The notes below the pieces were generated by a model, which did not search any database, had not been told where the DNA came from, and worked only from the letters and a program-made list of their open reading frames with translations. This document shows, piece by piece, positions 1-8,239 of a stretch of DNA of 64,000 nt (its first letter is position 1; every line of letters begins with the position of its first letter). The DNA is taken from assembly GCA_947167635.1 (NCBI GenBank), contig CAMVIT010000003.1, forward strand, positions 26,299 to 90,298, read 5' to 3'. This DNA is from an uncultured Bacteroidales bacterium (GTDB lineage: Bacteria > Bacteroidota > Bacteroidia > Bacteroidales > WCHB1-69). A program made the translations under genes and the position numbers.

Positions 1-1985
1 TCCGATTTCACCACAGGATCCACAACAGCAGGCGGATTGTAGGCTGCAGTCATGGCGGAGTCCATGGTATATTGCAAGGCCAGCAGCTGGGTGCGCTCGG
101 AGTCGCCGATGAACATGGCCAACGCTCTGCGTTTCAGGATGTCTTCTGTCACGAAGTGGACGAATTGCAGCGGGGTCATTTTGCCGCCATTCCGTTTGGC
201 GAGTTTATAGACTGCTTTCGCTTGCGAATCGTTCATGTTCAGGAATCCGGCCATTTCCATGTAATTCAACGGCTTGTTCAGCAATGCCGTGTCGGTATAT
301 GGGGATTGCGCTGGTTTTGGGGTGACTTTCGGTGCGACGGGTGCGTCCACTTTGCTTTCAGGGGAATTGGGTGCTGTTGTGGTGACAGGTTCCGAATGGA
401 CCTCCGGAGTGGTGTTGTGCGTGACAGTGGCCGGAGAGTCGCTTTTTTTCACGGGTTTCTCGTATTTGGCACTGTAAATACCCCGGTGGTGTCTCAAATC
501 ATCCAGCAAATTGATTTTTTCCCTCATTTCATCGTCCACCTGTTGGGCGATAATCGAGTTCGGATCATGGGTTTGTTCCAAGATGAAATCCGCCATGTCG
601 TTGAATTTCATGGTCAGCTCTTTGTTTCCATTGAACTTGGCGTTGTAAATGACTTTCAGAATGTCGTCAGATAGCATATCCAAGCTGATGGGAGGAGTGC
701 TGTCGGGTGAAATTCCACCCATGATGTCGCCTAAATTGGTGAGGGCCTCCATCATTTGCGGCGCAGTGTATTCGCGATGCAGCAGGGTCGGGTAGGAGAT
801 GACCATCTCCACCCCGGAATCTGCCATGACAGAATCCAACAGCCCGATCACCTTCTTCTCATCGGCGTTGTCATACACCAAGATCATGGGGTTTTTCTTC
901 GGGAAATATTTCTCGATTTTGGAAATTTTGGAGTTGAGGTAGATGATGTTGGTCTTGTTGTGAAGAATATAGGAACTGGCGAAAATGGCGACGAACAGGA
1001 TGGTCAAAGGAATGCGGAAGCGCATGCTGAATTGGGCCAGTTTGTCTGTGGGGGGAACAGGAACTTTTTTGCGGGTTTTTTCCAAGCCCTTTTCAAATTT
1101 CAGGATAAGCGAAGGCAGTACGGTGAAGTTGCAGATAAGACTGCACAAAACACCCTTTGATAGAACGATGCTGAGGTCCGCGCCGATTTTCAGTTTCATG
1201 AAAAGCAGCATCAACAGTCCGACAATGGTGGTTATGGCGCTGCTGAGAATAGGGCGGAAAGCCCGCCGGATGGCCCTTTGCATGGCGAGTTGGCTGTCAT
1301 CGGTCTTTGCCCGGTCCTGCCGGAAGTGATTGAGCAGGATGATGGAGTAGTCCATGGAGAGCACCAGCTGTAACACGGCGACGATAGAGTTGGTGGTTAC
1401 GGACACACTGGGCAACAGGGCGTTGGTGCCGATATTGATAAGAAGTGCGAGACCGGTGGAGGTGAGGAAAAGCACGGGTTCAAGCCATGACCGGCACATG
1501 ATCAGGAGGATGACGAGCAGCAAGGCGATACCTCCGATCATCATGGAGGGCTCTGCCGCCGCACCGTCCTGGCTGGTCTCAACAACCTCGACCTTGGGGA
1601 AGTTTTCAGAGATTTCCGAACCCAAAGCAACTTGGTCGATGGAGCTTGAGACTCCCAGCTCATAAAGGGTGCGGTCGCCGTTCTCCTGTTCTATCACGCT
1701 GTTGACCTCCTCGAGTTTTCGAAAATCGCCCATGATGTCGAGCTTTTCATCTTCGGAAAGGTCCTTGAACATCACCCGGACACCATTGCCGCCCATCTCG
1801 GCCATATCGCCGAATTCGTTGTGCAGGATTTCCAAACCAGCCCTCATGTTGGAGTCATTGGGCAGGTATTTGGTCATGTCCGTGTTGATTTTGACGTGGA
1901 AAAGTAAGACAAAACATACCGCAGCCACCGCAATTGTGATGGCGAGATACCATTTCCTTCGACCTACTAAACTCTTAAAAATCAA
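1..1985 (-). CDS. RND-superfamily (MMPL/HAE3-like) membrane exporter; 3' end lies beyond the window edge
   Basis: Absent from the ORF track because it runs off the left edge. My hand translation of the minus strand is open from TTG at 1985 to base 1 (~660 codons). TM-rich blocks 'MMIGGIALLLVILLIMCRSWLEPVLFLTSTGLALLINIG' and 'VLQLVLSMDYSIILLNHFRQDRAK..AFRPILSSAITTIVGLLMLLF' are typical of MMPL-type RND exporters. The start codon is uncertain. Confidence 0.7.
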   Translation of the reverse strand, partial: MIFKSLVGRRKWYLAITIAVAAVCFVLLFHVKINTDMTKYLPNDSNMRAGLEILHNEFGDMAEMGGNGVRVMFKDLSEDEKLDIMGDFRKLEEVNSVIEQENGDRTLYELGVSSSIDQVALGSEISENFPKVEVVETSQDGAAAEPSMMIGGIALLLVILLIMCRSWLEPVLFLTSTGLALLINIGTNALLPSVSVTTNSIVAVLQLVLSMDYSIILLNHFRQDRAKTDDSQLAMQRAIRRAFRPILSSAITTIVGLLMLLFMKLKIGADLSIVLSKGVLCSLICNFTVLPSLILKFEKGLEKTRKKVPVPPTDKLAQFSMRFRIPLTILFVAIFASSYILHNKTNIIYLNSKISKIEKYFPKKNPMILVYDNADEKKVIGLLDSVMADSGVEMVISYPTLLHREYTAPQMMEALTNLGDIMGGISPDSTPPISLDMLSDDILKVIYNAKFNGNKELTMKFNDMADFILEQTHDPNSIIAQQVDDEMREKINLLDDLRHHRGIYSAKYEKPVKKSDSPATVTHNTTPEVHSEPVTTTAPNSPESKVDAPVAPKVTPKPAQSPYTDTALLNKPLNYMEMAGFLNMNDSQAKAVYKLAKRNGGKMTPLQFVHFVTEDILKRRALAMFIGDSERTQLLALQYTMDSAMTAAYNPPAVVDPVVKS

Positions 1986-2125
1986 CCCGATAGAATATAT
2001 TTATAGCGAACAGTTATTGTGAATTTTTCAAAATTGCAAAAATAAGAAAAATATGGGTATGTCGGGAACATGTCATTTTTTTCATGAGCAGGCCATCTCC
2101 ACAGGGCCTTTGGCTCTATTTTTTG

Positions 2126-2133
2126 TATTTTTG
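2126..2133 (+). promoter_or_regulatory. -7 box TATTTTTG (extended TATTTTTGCGGC) upstream of the Fe-S oxidoreductase gene
   Basis: Matches the Bacteroidota sigma-A -7 consensus TAnnTTTG, 25 nt before ATG 2158. Confidence 0.6.
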
Positions 2134-2157
2134 CGGCTCCAAACAAAACTTGACGTC

Positions 2158-3447
2158 ATGACAGAGCCTGCACCCGAGAAAGTCCAGAAAGCCATTGACA
2201 TTCTGACAAAATTCACCGACAGCAAACTGCTTACGCACCTCAATGCCTGCGTGCATTGCGGGTTGTGCGAGACCAGCTGTCTTTTCTATAAAACCTTTCA
2301 GGAATCGAAATACATTCCCGGCAAGAAGGTTGATATGGTCTCCTCCATCTATCGCCGTTATTGCACTGTGTTGGGCCGCACTGCTCCCAAGCTGACGCAC
2401 GCCCGCGATTTGGACGAGGCGACCATCACCGAGATGGTGGACTCTCTCTTCGGGGCCTGCACCATGTGCGGACGTTGTGTGAAGCACTGCTCCATTGGTG
2501 TGGACATACCTTTCGTGGTGCGCACGGGCCGCCGCATGCTGGCCGCCATGGGCTATGTGCCCCAAACACTCCAGGCTACCGTCGATGCGGCCATCCAGAC
2601 GGGCAACAACATGGCCATTCCCACGGAGGATTTTGTCGATACCATCGAGTGGATGCAGGAGGACTTGCAGGACGAAATAGGCGAGGATGCCGTCATCCCT
2701 CTCAACAAGGAAGGAGTGGACATCCTTTACACGCTCAATCCCCGCGAGCCCAAGTTCTTCCCGCTCTCCATTGCCGCTGCCGCCAAGATATTCTATGCCG
2801 CCGGTGCCAGCTGGACCCTCTCCACGGAGATGTACGACGTGACCAACTACGGCTATTTTTCCGGCAACGACGGGGAGGCCACCGCCATCGCCAAGCACAT
2901 GTTCGATGAGGTTCACAAGCTGAAATGCAACACGCTTGTGCTGGGCGAGTGTGGTCACGGCTCGCGTGCCCTCCGCTGGGAAGCCCCCAATTATCTCAAG
3001 ACGCATCCCGACTTCAAGATGGTCACCCTTATTGAAGTTTTGGAAGACTACATCAAGACAGGGCGCATCAAGGTCGATAAGAACCTTAACACCAAGAAAT
3101 ACACCATTCACGACCCATGTAACATTGTGCGCAACGGCGGTCTGTACAACTCACTGCGCTATGTGACGCGCCAAGTGGTGCCCGAACTCATCGAGATGGT
3201 CCCCACGGGCAGCGACAATTTCTGTTGCGGTGGCGGCGGCGGCATGCTCGCCATGAGCGAATACAACGAACGCCGCCTCAAGGTGGGCCAGATCAAAGCC
3301 GACCAGATCAAGGCCACGGGCGCACAGGTCGTCATCACCCCGTGCCACAACTGTGTGGATCAACTCAACCAACTCAACCACGAGTACAAGCTCAACGTTG
3401 AAATCAAATCCCTTGCCGAGGTGGTTGCCGACGCATTGGTGCTATAA
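2158..3447 (+). CDS. (Fe-S)-binding oxidoreductase, HdrD/GlpC-like (two 4Fe-4S motifs plus two CCG cysteine-rich domains)
   Basis: ORF 2053..3447. I prefer ATG 2158 (MTEPAPEK) because the TATTTTTG box at 2126-2133 lies inside the longer ORF. Motifs: CVHCGLCETSC, CTMCGRCVKHC, DPCN, CCGGGGG, PCHNC. Confidence 0.85.
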   Translation: MTEPAPEKVQKAIDILTKFTDSKLLTHLNACVHCGLCETSCLFYKTFQESKYIPGKKVDMVSSIYRRYCTVLGRTAPKLTHARDLDEATITEMVDSLFGACTMCGRCVKHCSIGVDIPFVVRTGRRMLAAMGYVPQTLQATVDAAIQTGNNMAIPTEDFVDTIEWMQEDLQDEIGEDAVIPLNKEGVDILYTLNPREPKFFPLSIAAAAKIFYAAGASWTLSTEMYDVTNYGYFSGNDGEATAIAKHMFDEVHKLKCNTLVLGECGHGSRALRWEAPNYLKTHPDFKMVTLIEVLEDYIKTGRIKVDKNLNTKKYTIHDPCNIVRNGGLYNSLRYVTRQVVPELIEMVPTGSDNFCCGGGGGMLAMSEYNERRLKVGQIKADQIKATGAQVVITPCHNCVDQLNQLNHEYKLNVEIKSLAEVVADALVL

Positions 3448-3485
3448 TCTTTTCACTACCGATCCGTGTCTCCAAGAGCGGTATT

Positions 3486-3899
3486 CTATTCAACGTCAGG
3501 TATTTTCGTTATTGTCGGAATCGTGTCGTGTGCCAACCAATGGCCATTGCGTTTGCGCAATAGCAGGGAAAAGCGGGTGTCTTTTATGGGCGTGGTTTTG
3601 TGGAAGTTCATGATGGCAGTGGTGTCATCAATGCGGGTGAAATCCACCGTTTCCAATTTGGCAGGGGTATCACTCTTCACATACTCCTCGCCCACGGCTG
3701 CTGTGTAATTTTTGGCCAAAATGAGAGTGGATCGCCGTGTCTCCTCGGTTGCGTATTTTGCGGCCTCGTCCACTTGGTAGTTGGCCATGGCGAAAGCATA
3801 GTCGTAGCCCACTTCCCGGGCTTTCTTCTCATCGAGATTACAGCTGGCAAGGAGAATCACCAGCGCAAGGAGAGAGAGCGAAAAAATGATTTTTTTCAT
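3486..3899 (-). CDS. small lipoprotein, unknown function
   Basis: 137-aa ORF. Signal peptide plus lipobox MKKIIFSLSLLALVILLASC. No motif I recognise. Confidence 0.7.
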   Translation of the reverse strand: MKKIIFSLSLLALVILLASCNLDEKKAREVGYDYAFAMANYQVDEAAKYATEETRRSTLILAKNYTAAVGEEYVKSDTPAKLETVDFTRIDDTTAIMNFHKTTPIKDTRFSLLLRKRNGHWLAHDTIPTITKIPDVE

Positions 3900-3974
3900 A
3901 TTATTGTAAGAAAAAGTATGAGATGAGACACACCCTAAGCGTCCCTCTTTGTATAATGTTGTAACAAAGGAGGT

Positions 3975-4781
3975 TTAGTTGACGGAAAGGAGGCCTGTTT
4001 TGGCGTTGACGGGTTCGATTTCCTTTGTGGCGGTTCCCCATTCCCAAGAAGCTTTCCGCATTTTACAGGTCAGCGGGTAGTAGGTGGAAGGGGTCCCGTT
4101 GTGTTCAATATAGTCGTAGATGCTGAAAAGGTTCTCGGACCATTCGGCGTCAATGGTCTTGGCATTGATGTCAATAGCTGTGATCTTTTCCACGAAAGAG
4201 TTTTCCGCGACTTGCCACACATAATATTTTGTGCCGGGATGGGCGGCGCCGTTTTGATCGATGATGACGCCCTCTTCATCCACCCAGGTTTGGTTGGGGT
4301 CAATGTAAGTGAAATAATCACCTTGGCTGCTTTCGAAGGTATGGCTGCCAACCTCCTTGATAATAGTGCCAGACAAGAAGATGTCGTTATTGTCGTTGGC
4401 GGTCTTGTGGATTTCCAGCTGCAGGTAGTTGCTGGACGGGCTGTTGGTGTTGACGACGGCGGAGGCTTTCCAGGTGTTGTTCTGGAAGGAAACCGTAACA
4501 CCGCCTTCATCAAAAACAGCGGTATAGACAACATCTTGGGTGACGACAACAGTTCTTGGATTGTCGGTGTTGCCGTCGTCCCATTTCACAAAAACATATC
4601 CGTTTTGGGGTGTGGCCGAAAGCATGATTTCGGTGTTGACATCGTACTTGCCGCCGCCCGTCACGGTGCCCATTCCGGGGTCGTTCACATCAACGGAAAT
4701 AGTGTATTGGTCTTTCTTGCAGCCAAAGAACAGCACAGCAATGGTTATGACCATCGTCATCAAGAAAAGGTTGTTTTTCAT
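3975..4781 (-). CDS. surface lipoprotein with divergent InlB B-repeat-like N-domain (paralog 1)
   Basis: 268 aa. Lipobox LFFGC. 'YTISVDVNDPGMGTVTGGGKYDVNTEIMLSATPQNGYVFVKWDDGNTDNPRTVVV' matches the Listeria-Bacteroides / divergent InlB B-repeat pattern. Paralog of 4937..5767. Confidence 0.75.
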   Translation of the reverse strand: MKNNLFLMTMVITIAVLFFGCKKDQYTISVDVNDPGMGTVTGGGKYDVNTEIMLSATPQNGYVFVKWDDGNTDNPRTVVVTQDVVYTAVFDEGGVTVSFQNNTWKASAVVNTNSPSSNYLQLEIHKTANDNNDIFLSGTIIKEVGSHTFESSQGDYFTYIDPNQTWVDEEGVIIDQNGAAHPGTKYYVWQVAENSFVEKITAIDINAKTIDAEWSENLFSIYDYIEHNGTPSTYYPLTCKMRKASWEWGTATKEIEPVNAKTGLLSVN

Positions 4782-4830
4782 ATTGGTTAGGTTAATGGTT
4801 TGTCAGAAAATCTGATGTGAAATCAGGCTG

Positions 4831-4838
4831 CAAAAATA
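4831..4838 (-). promoter_or_regulatory. -7 box TATTTTTG (TATTTTTGCAGC) upstream of lipoprotein gene 3975..4781
   Basis: Minus-strand match, 50 nt upstream of the ATG at 4781. Confidence 0.55.
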
Positions 4839-4885
4839 GTCATTTTATAAGTCCGAAATTAAAGTGGGAAGAAATTTTTTTGCAT

Positions 4886-4917
4886 AAAAAAAAGGTCGCG
4901 CGAAGCGACCTTTTTTT
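4886..4917 (-). terminator. rho-independent terminator (bidirectional shape) after lipoprotein gene 4937..5767
   Basis: A8-GGTCGC-GCGAA-GCGACC-T7. Confidence 0.8.
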
Positions 4918-4936
4918 ATGCAAATTTGCGTGATAA

Positions 4937-5767
4937 TTATCTCACGACAAGGAATTTGGAATCTTTGACTTTTTGAGCAGCCTTGGAAGTTTGACCCCAA
5001 ACCCAAGTGGCGTTGACCATTTGGCAAGTCAGAGGATAGACGTTGTCGGGAAGGGTGTTACCAGCAGCGACGTAGTCTTCGATGCTGAATATATCCTCAG
5101 ACCAGGTAGCGGACATCTTCTTGTTGTTGAGGTCAACAGCGGTGATGTGCTCTTCGAAGGAGTTTTTGTTAACTTGCCAGTAGTAATATGTGTTACCAGC
5201 TTGGCCGATAACGCCATTTTCATCCGTCCAGGTGTTGTTTGCATCATAGTAGTGGAAAAAGTCTCCTTCAACGGTTTGTCCTTCGGAGTTCACAGAAGTG
5301 GTACTTTCATAGGTGTAGTCGCCCACAGTGCTTTCCAACCAGCCTTGGAGATAAATGTCGTTCTGATCGTTGGCGGTCTTGAAAATATCAAAAGCAAGAT
5401 AATTCTGGGCGGAGTAGTCATAAGCTGTCATGCTGGCGGCGGTCCAGGTGCTGCCGTTGAAGGAAATGGTGGCGCCATCCACAACGTGACGTTGGAAAAT
5501 AGCGGTGTATTCAGCGTCGGCGGTCACAACAACCTTGCGGGGATTGTCGGTGTTGCCGTCGCTCCACTTCACGAAATCGTAGCCCGTGTTGGGGGTAGCG
5601 GTGAGGGTGACTTCGGTGTTGACATCATACTTGCCGCCGCCGGTAGCAGAACCCATGGAAGCATCGTTGACACCAACGGTGATGGTGTATTGCTCTTTAC
5701 CGCAGGAGGTGAACATCATGGCACCTGCAACGAGGGCCATCAGAATCAAACTAAGGTGTTTTCTCAT
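4937..5767 (-). CDS. surface lipoprotein with divergent InlB B-repeat-like N-domain (paralog 2)
   Basis: 276 aa. Lipobox MFTSC. 'YTITVGVNDASMGSATGGGKYDVNTEVTLTATPNTGYDFVKWSDGNTDNPRKVVV'. The C-terminal domain is also alignable with 3975..4781. Confidence 0.75.
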   Translation of the reverse strand: MRKHLSLILMALVAGAMMFTSCGKEQYTITVGVNDASMGSATGGGKYDVNTEVTLTATPNTGYDFVKWSDGNTDNPRKVVVTADAEYTAIFQRHVVDGATISFNGSTWTAASMTAYDYSAQNYLAFDIFKTANDQNDIYLQGWLESTVGDYTYESTTSVNSEGQTVEGDFFHYYDANNTWTDENGVIGQAGNTYYYWQVNKNSFEEHITAVDLNNKKMSATWSEDIFSIEDYVAAGNTLPDNVYPLTCQMVNATWVWGQTSKAAQKVKDSKFLVVR

Positions 5768-5835
5768 TTTTTTGAAGTTTTAGGTTTGTAAAAAATTTTT
5801 TTTGAGGTTTCTTTTTAAAATTCAGAATGGAACGG

Positions 5836-5843
5836 CAAAAATA
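5836..5843 (-). promoter_or_regulatory. -7 box TATTTTTG upstream of lipoprotein gene 4937..5767
   Basis: Minus-strand match (CGTATTTTTGCCG), 69 nt upstream of the ATG at 5767. Confidence 0.5.
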
Positions 5844-6166
5844 CGATTTTTATTGTTACAAAAAACATAGTGTAATTTAATTTTTTTGAACTGTTTTTTG
5901 ACGTGCTTTTTAATGTCAATATTTTTTATTTTCGCGCCCCGTAAGGATTTCTTCAAAACGAAAAAGTTTAATGGACACAGAAAAAAACAGTCGCATTTTA
6001 TGAAAAAACCATCCCTTACTGCCCAGATCTGCATCGAACGCATCATCAATATGGGACAACACCCTGTGATGTCCGTCACCGGCACCTCCTCCCGCGCCTT
6101 TGTGTGGCAAAGGGCGGTGAGGGAGATATTGCAACATTGCCCCGCATTCGGAATTAAAAAAACTTG

Positions 6167-6174
6167 TATTTTTG
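6167..6174 (+). promoter_or_regulatory. -7 box TATTTTTG (TATTTTTGCGGC) upstream of msrA
   Basis: 10 nt before ATG 6185 and 19 nt before ATG 6194. Confidence 0.6.
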
Positions 6175-6184
6175 CGGCTGAAAC

Positions 6185-6718
6185 ATGTTAAGAATGAAAA
6201 ACACAAAAGAAATCTATCTTGCCGGAGGCTGCTTCTGGGGAACCGAGCACTTTTTCAAACAGATCGAAGGTGTGGTGGAAACAGAAGTGGGATTTGCCAA
6301 CGGACATACGCAAGATCCGACGTATCAGGAAGTCTATACCGACACGACGGGGTTTGTGGAGACGGTTCACGTCCAATACAATCCCGAAGTGCTCAGTCTT
6401 GGGTTTCTGCTGCAGATGTTCTTCAAGGCCATTGACCCGACCAGCTTGAACAAGCAAGGGCACGACGAAGGGACACGCTATCGCACAGGGATTTATTACA
6501 CCGATCTTGAAGATTTGCCTGTTATCGAGACAGTATATCAGGAAGAACAGAAAAACTATAGGCAGCCCTTGGTTGTGGAAAAGCTTCCCCTGGAGAACTT
6601 CTATACGGCCGAGGATTATCATCAGGACTATTTGGACAAGAACCCCGCGGGTTACTGCCACCTGCCGCAGTCGCTGTTCGATTTTGCGAAGAAGGCGAAA
6701 CCTGCCCCGAAAATCTGA
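6185..6718 (+). CDS. msrA: peptide-methionine (S)-S-oxide reductase
   Basis: 177 aa. Active-site motif 'GGCFWGTEHFF', plus 'YRTGIYY' and 'DYHQDYL'. The start could instead be ATG 6194. Confidence 0.93.
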   Translation: MLRMKNTKEIYLAGGCFWGTEHFFKQIEGVVETEVGFANGHTQDPTYQEVYTDTTGFVETVHVQYNPEVLSLGFLLQMFFKAIDPTSLNKQGHDEGTRYRTGIYYTDLEDLPVIETVYQEEQKNYRQPLVVEKLPLENFYTAEDYHQDYLDKNPAGYCHLPQSLFDFAKKAKPAPKI

Positions 6719-6790
6719 CGCCGTGTCAGAGCTACGCCGTCGTGATGCAAAGGATTGTGGGGAAGAAGTTGTGAAAAATGAAACAATGGG

Positions 6791-7423
6791 ATGAAAACGA
6801 TTCGTCAAGATTTACAGGCATACATCGGGCGCGAGATATTGCCGCGCTACGACACTTTCGACGCAGCGCACCGGCGCGATCATGTGGAGATGGTCATCCG
6901 GCAGAGTCTGGAGCTGGCCGAACAGACCGGTGCGGATGCGGAGATGGCGTATGTCATTGCCGCCTACCACGATACGGGTTTATGTGAGGGGCGCGAACAG
7001 CACCACTTGGTTTCCGGCACAATCATCCGTGCCGACCGGAACCTGTTGCGGTGGTTCTCGCCCGAGCAGATTGAGACGATGGCCTGCGCGGCGGAGGACC
7101 ACCGCGCCTCGGCGGACCATGCCCCGCGCACGCTGTACGGGCGCATTGTGGCCGAAGCCGACCGCTTTATCGACCCCGAGACGATAGTCCGCCGCACGGT
7201 GCAATACGGGCTGGAACACTATCCCGGATTGGACAAGGCCGGACACTATGAGCGGACAGTGCAGCATCTTCACGAGAAATACGGGCGCAACGGCTATCTC
7301 AAACTCTGGTTCGCCGACTCACCCAATGCCCAGCGTCTGGAACTCCTGCGCCAAATCATTGACGACGAACCCCAACTCCGCCGACTTTTCAACGAGTACT
7401 GGGAGAGCATTATCAAACACTGA
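6791..7423 (+). CDS. HD-domain phosphohydrolase
   Basis: 210 aa. 'HRRDHVEMV' ... 'AAYHDTG' gives the H..HD..D metal-binding pattern. Confidence 0.8.
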   Translation: MKTIRQDLQAYIGREILPRYDTFDAAHRRDHVEMVIRQSLELAEQTGADAEMAYVIAAYHDTGLCEGREQHHLVSGTIIRADRNLLRWFSPEQIETMACAAEDHRASADHAPRTLYGRIVAEADRFIDPETIVRRTVQYGLEHYPGLDKAGHYERTVQHLHEKYGRNGYLKLWFADSPNAQRLELLRQIIDDEPQLRRLFNEYWESIIKH

Positions 7424-7604
7424 CTAAACTACAATGAGCCGTCTTGAAGGCCATCAAGAAATACAGGTGTGAGATTGTTTATGATTACCATACCTTCAAT
7501 GGAATGGCACTGAAGAAATCCGAAGACAAAACGCTGGAGGAGACATGGCAACCATTTATCCTGTACTTTGTTTTTATATGAGCAGACTGGATTTTTGTGC
7601 GCTC

Positions 7605-8063
7605 TTATTGGACAAGCCGCACATAATGCCAATTGCACCGTTCTTGGTGGGCCATGTCCACCCCGTTCCAGTTGAATTGCAAAATCCATGCCTGCTCCAA
7701 TCCCATGGCTGTTGACGACCAGTAATTGCCCAAGGGTACACCGGACAATAGATCATACCAATCGCCATTGCAATCCCGAACCCCCTTTGATATTGGCAGA
7801 AAGATAGAGTTGCCATTAGGTCCTGTCACCTTGTAGCCGTCGTCTTTCCATTCCCACTTGCAACTGTCCTTCAGTTCCTCGAACTGTGTAAATGTGGGGA
7901 GACTGTTGCCAAACTCGGCCAGAGCCGCACCATAGTAGTACAAATCGACCTCGTTTTTGTCTTTCCACTTTGTGCCACTGGGCAACCCCAGATCCACAAA
8001 TTCCTGCGCGCTGATGCTCAGCGCCATCAGGCAAATTATGCTTAAAAAGAGAATCTTTTTCAT
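7605..8063 (-). CDS. secreted DUF1566/Lcl-C-terminal-like domain protein
   Basis: 152 aa. Signal peptide MKKILFLSIICLMALSISAQ. 'FVDLGLPSGTKW', 'LPTFTQFEEL', 'YWSST' and the C-terminal 'VRLVQ' resemble the DUF1566 / Fib_succ_major pattern. Confidence 0.65.
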   Translation of the reverse strand: MKKILFLSIICLMALSISAQEFVDLGLPSGTKWKDKNEVDLYYYGAALAEFGNSLPTFTQFEELKDSCKWEWKDDGYKVTGPNGNSIFLPISKGVRDCNGDWYDLLSGVPLGNYWSSTAMGLEQAWILQFNWNGVDMAHQERCNWHYVRLVQ

Positions 8064-8197
8064 CGTTTTGTGTTTTTATATTGTAAAATATTGTTTTTGA
8101 TGTTACATCGTCTCTTTTTCCGTTTTGTCTTCAAAGTTTTGTAAAGTTTGTGAAAAATGAAAAAAGACGTTGCAAAAGTGCAAAAGATTTTCTTTGT

Positions 8198-8234
8198 ATG
8201 TCGGGCCAACAGCATGTCGGCCAACAGTATCGGG
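8198..8234. repeat. 15/16-bp tandem duplication ATGTCGG(G)CCAACAG(C/T), ~2.4 copies
   Basis: 8198-8213 ATGTCGGGCCAACAGC, 8214-8228 ATGTCGGCCAACAGT, then ATCGGG. Immediately 3' of the 872-aa gene's stop codon (8240). Confidence 0.75.
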
Positions 8235-8239
8235 ATTGT

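Noticed and set aside
72-2022. Plus-strand ORFs (200, 134, 114, 103 and 117 aa) listed at the left edge.
   Set aside because: They are all shadowed by one continuous minus-strand frame of ~660 codons with clear MMPL/RND transmembrane blocks. The plus-strand translations are low-complexity.
5886-6191. A 101-aa ORF, or its 64-codon version 'MKKPSLTAQICIERIINMGQHP...' from 5999, lying in a GC-richer patch of the AT-rich msrA upstream region.
   Set aside because: It runs through the msrA promoter box and into the msrA start region. It has no recognisable motif and no promoter box of its own. It may be a gene remnant, but I cannot support a call.
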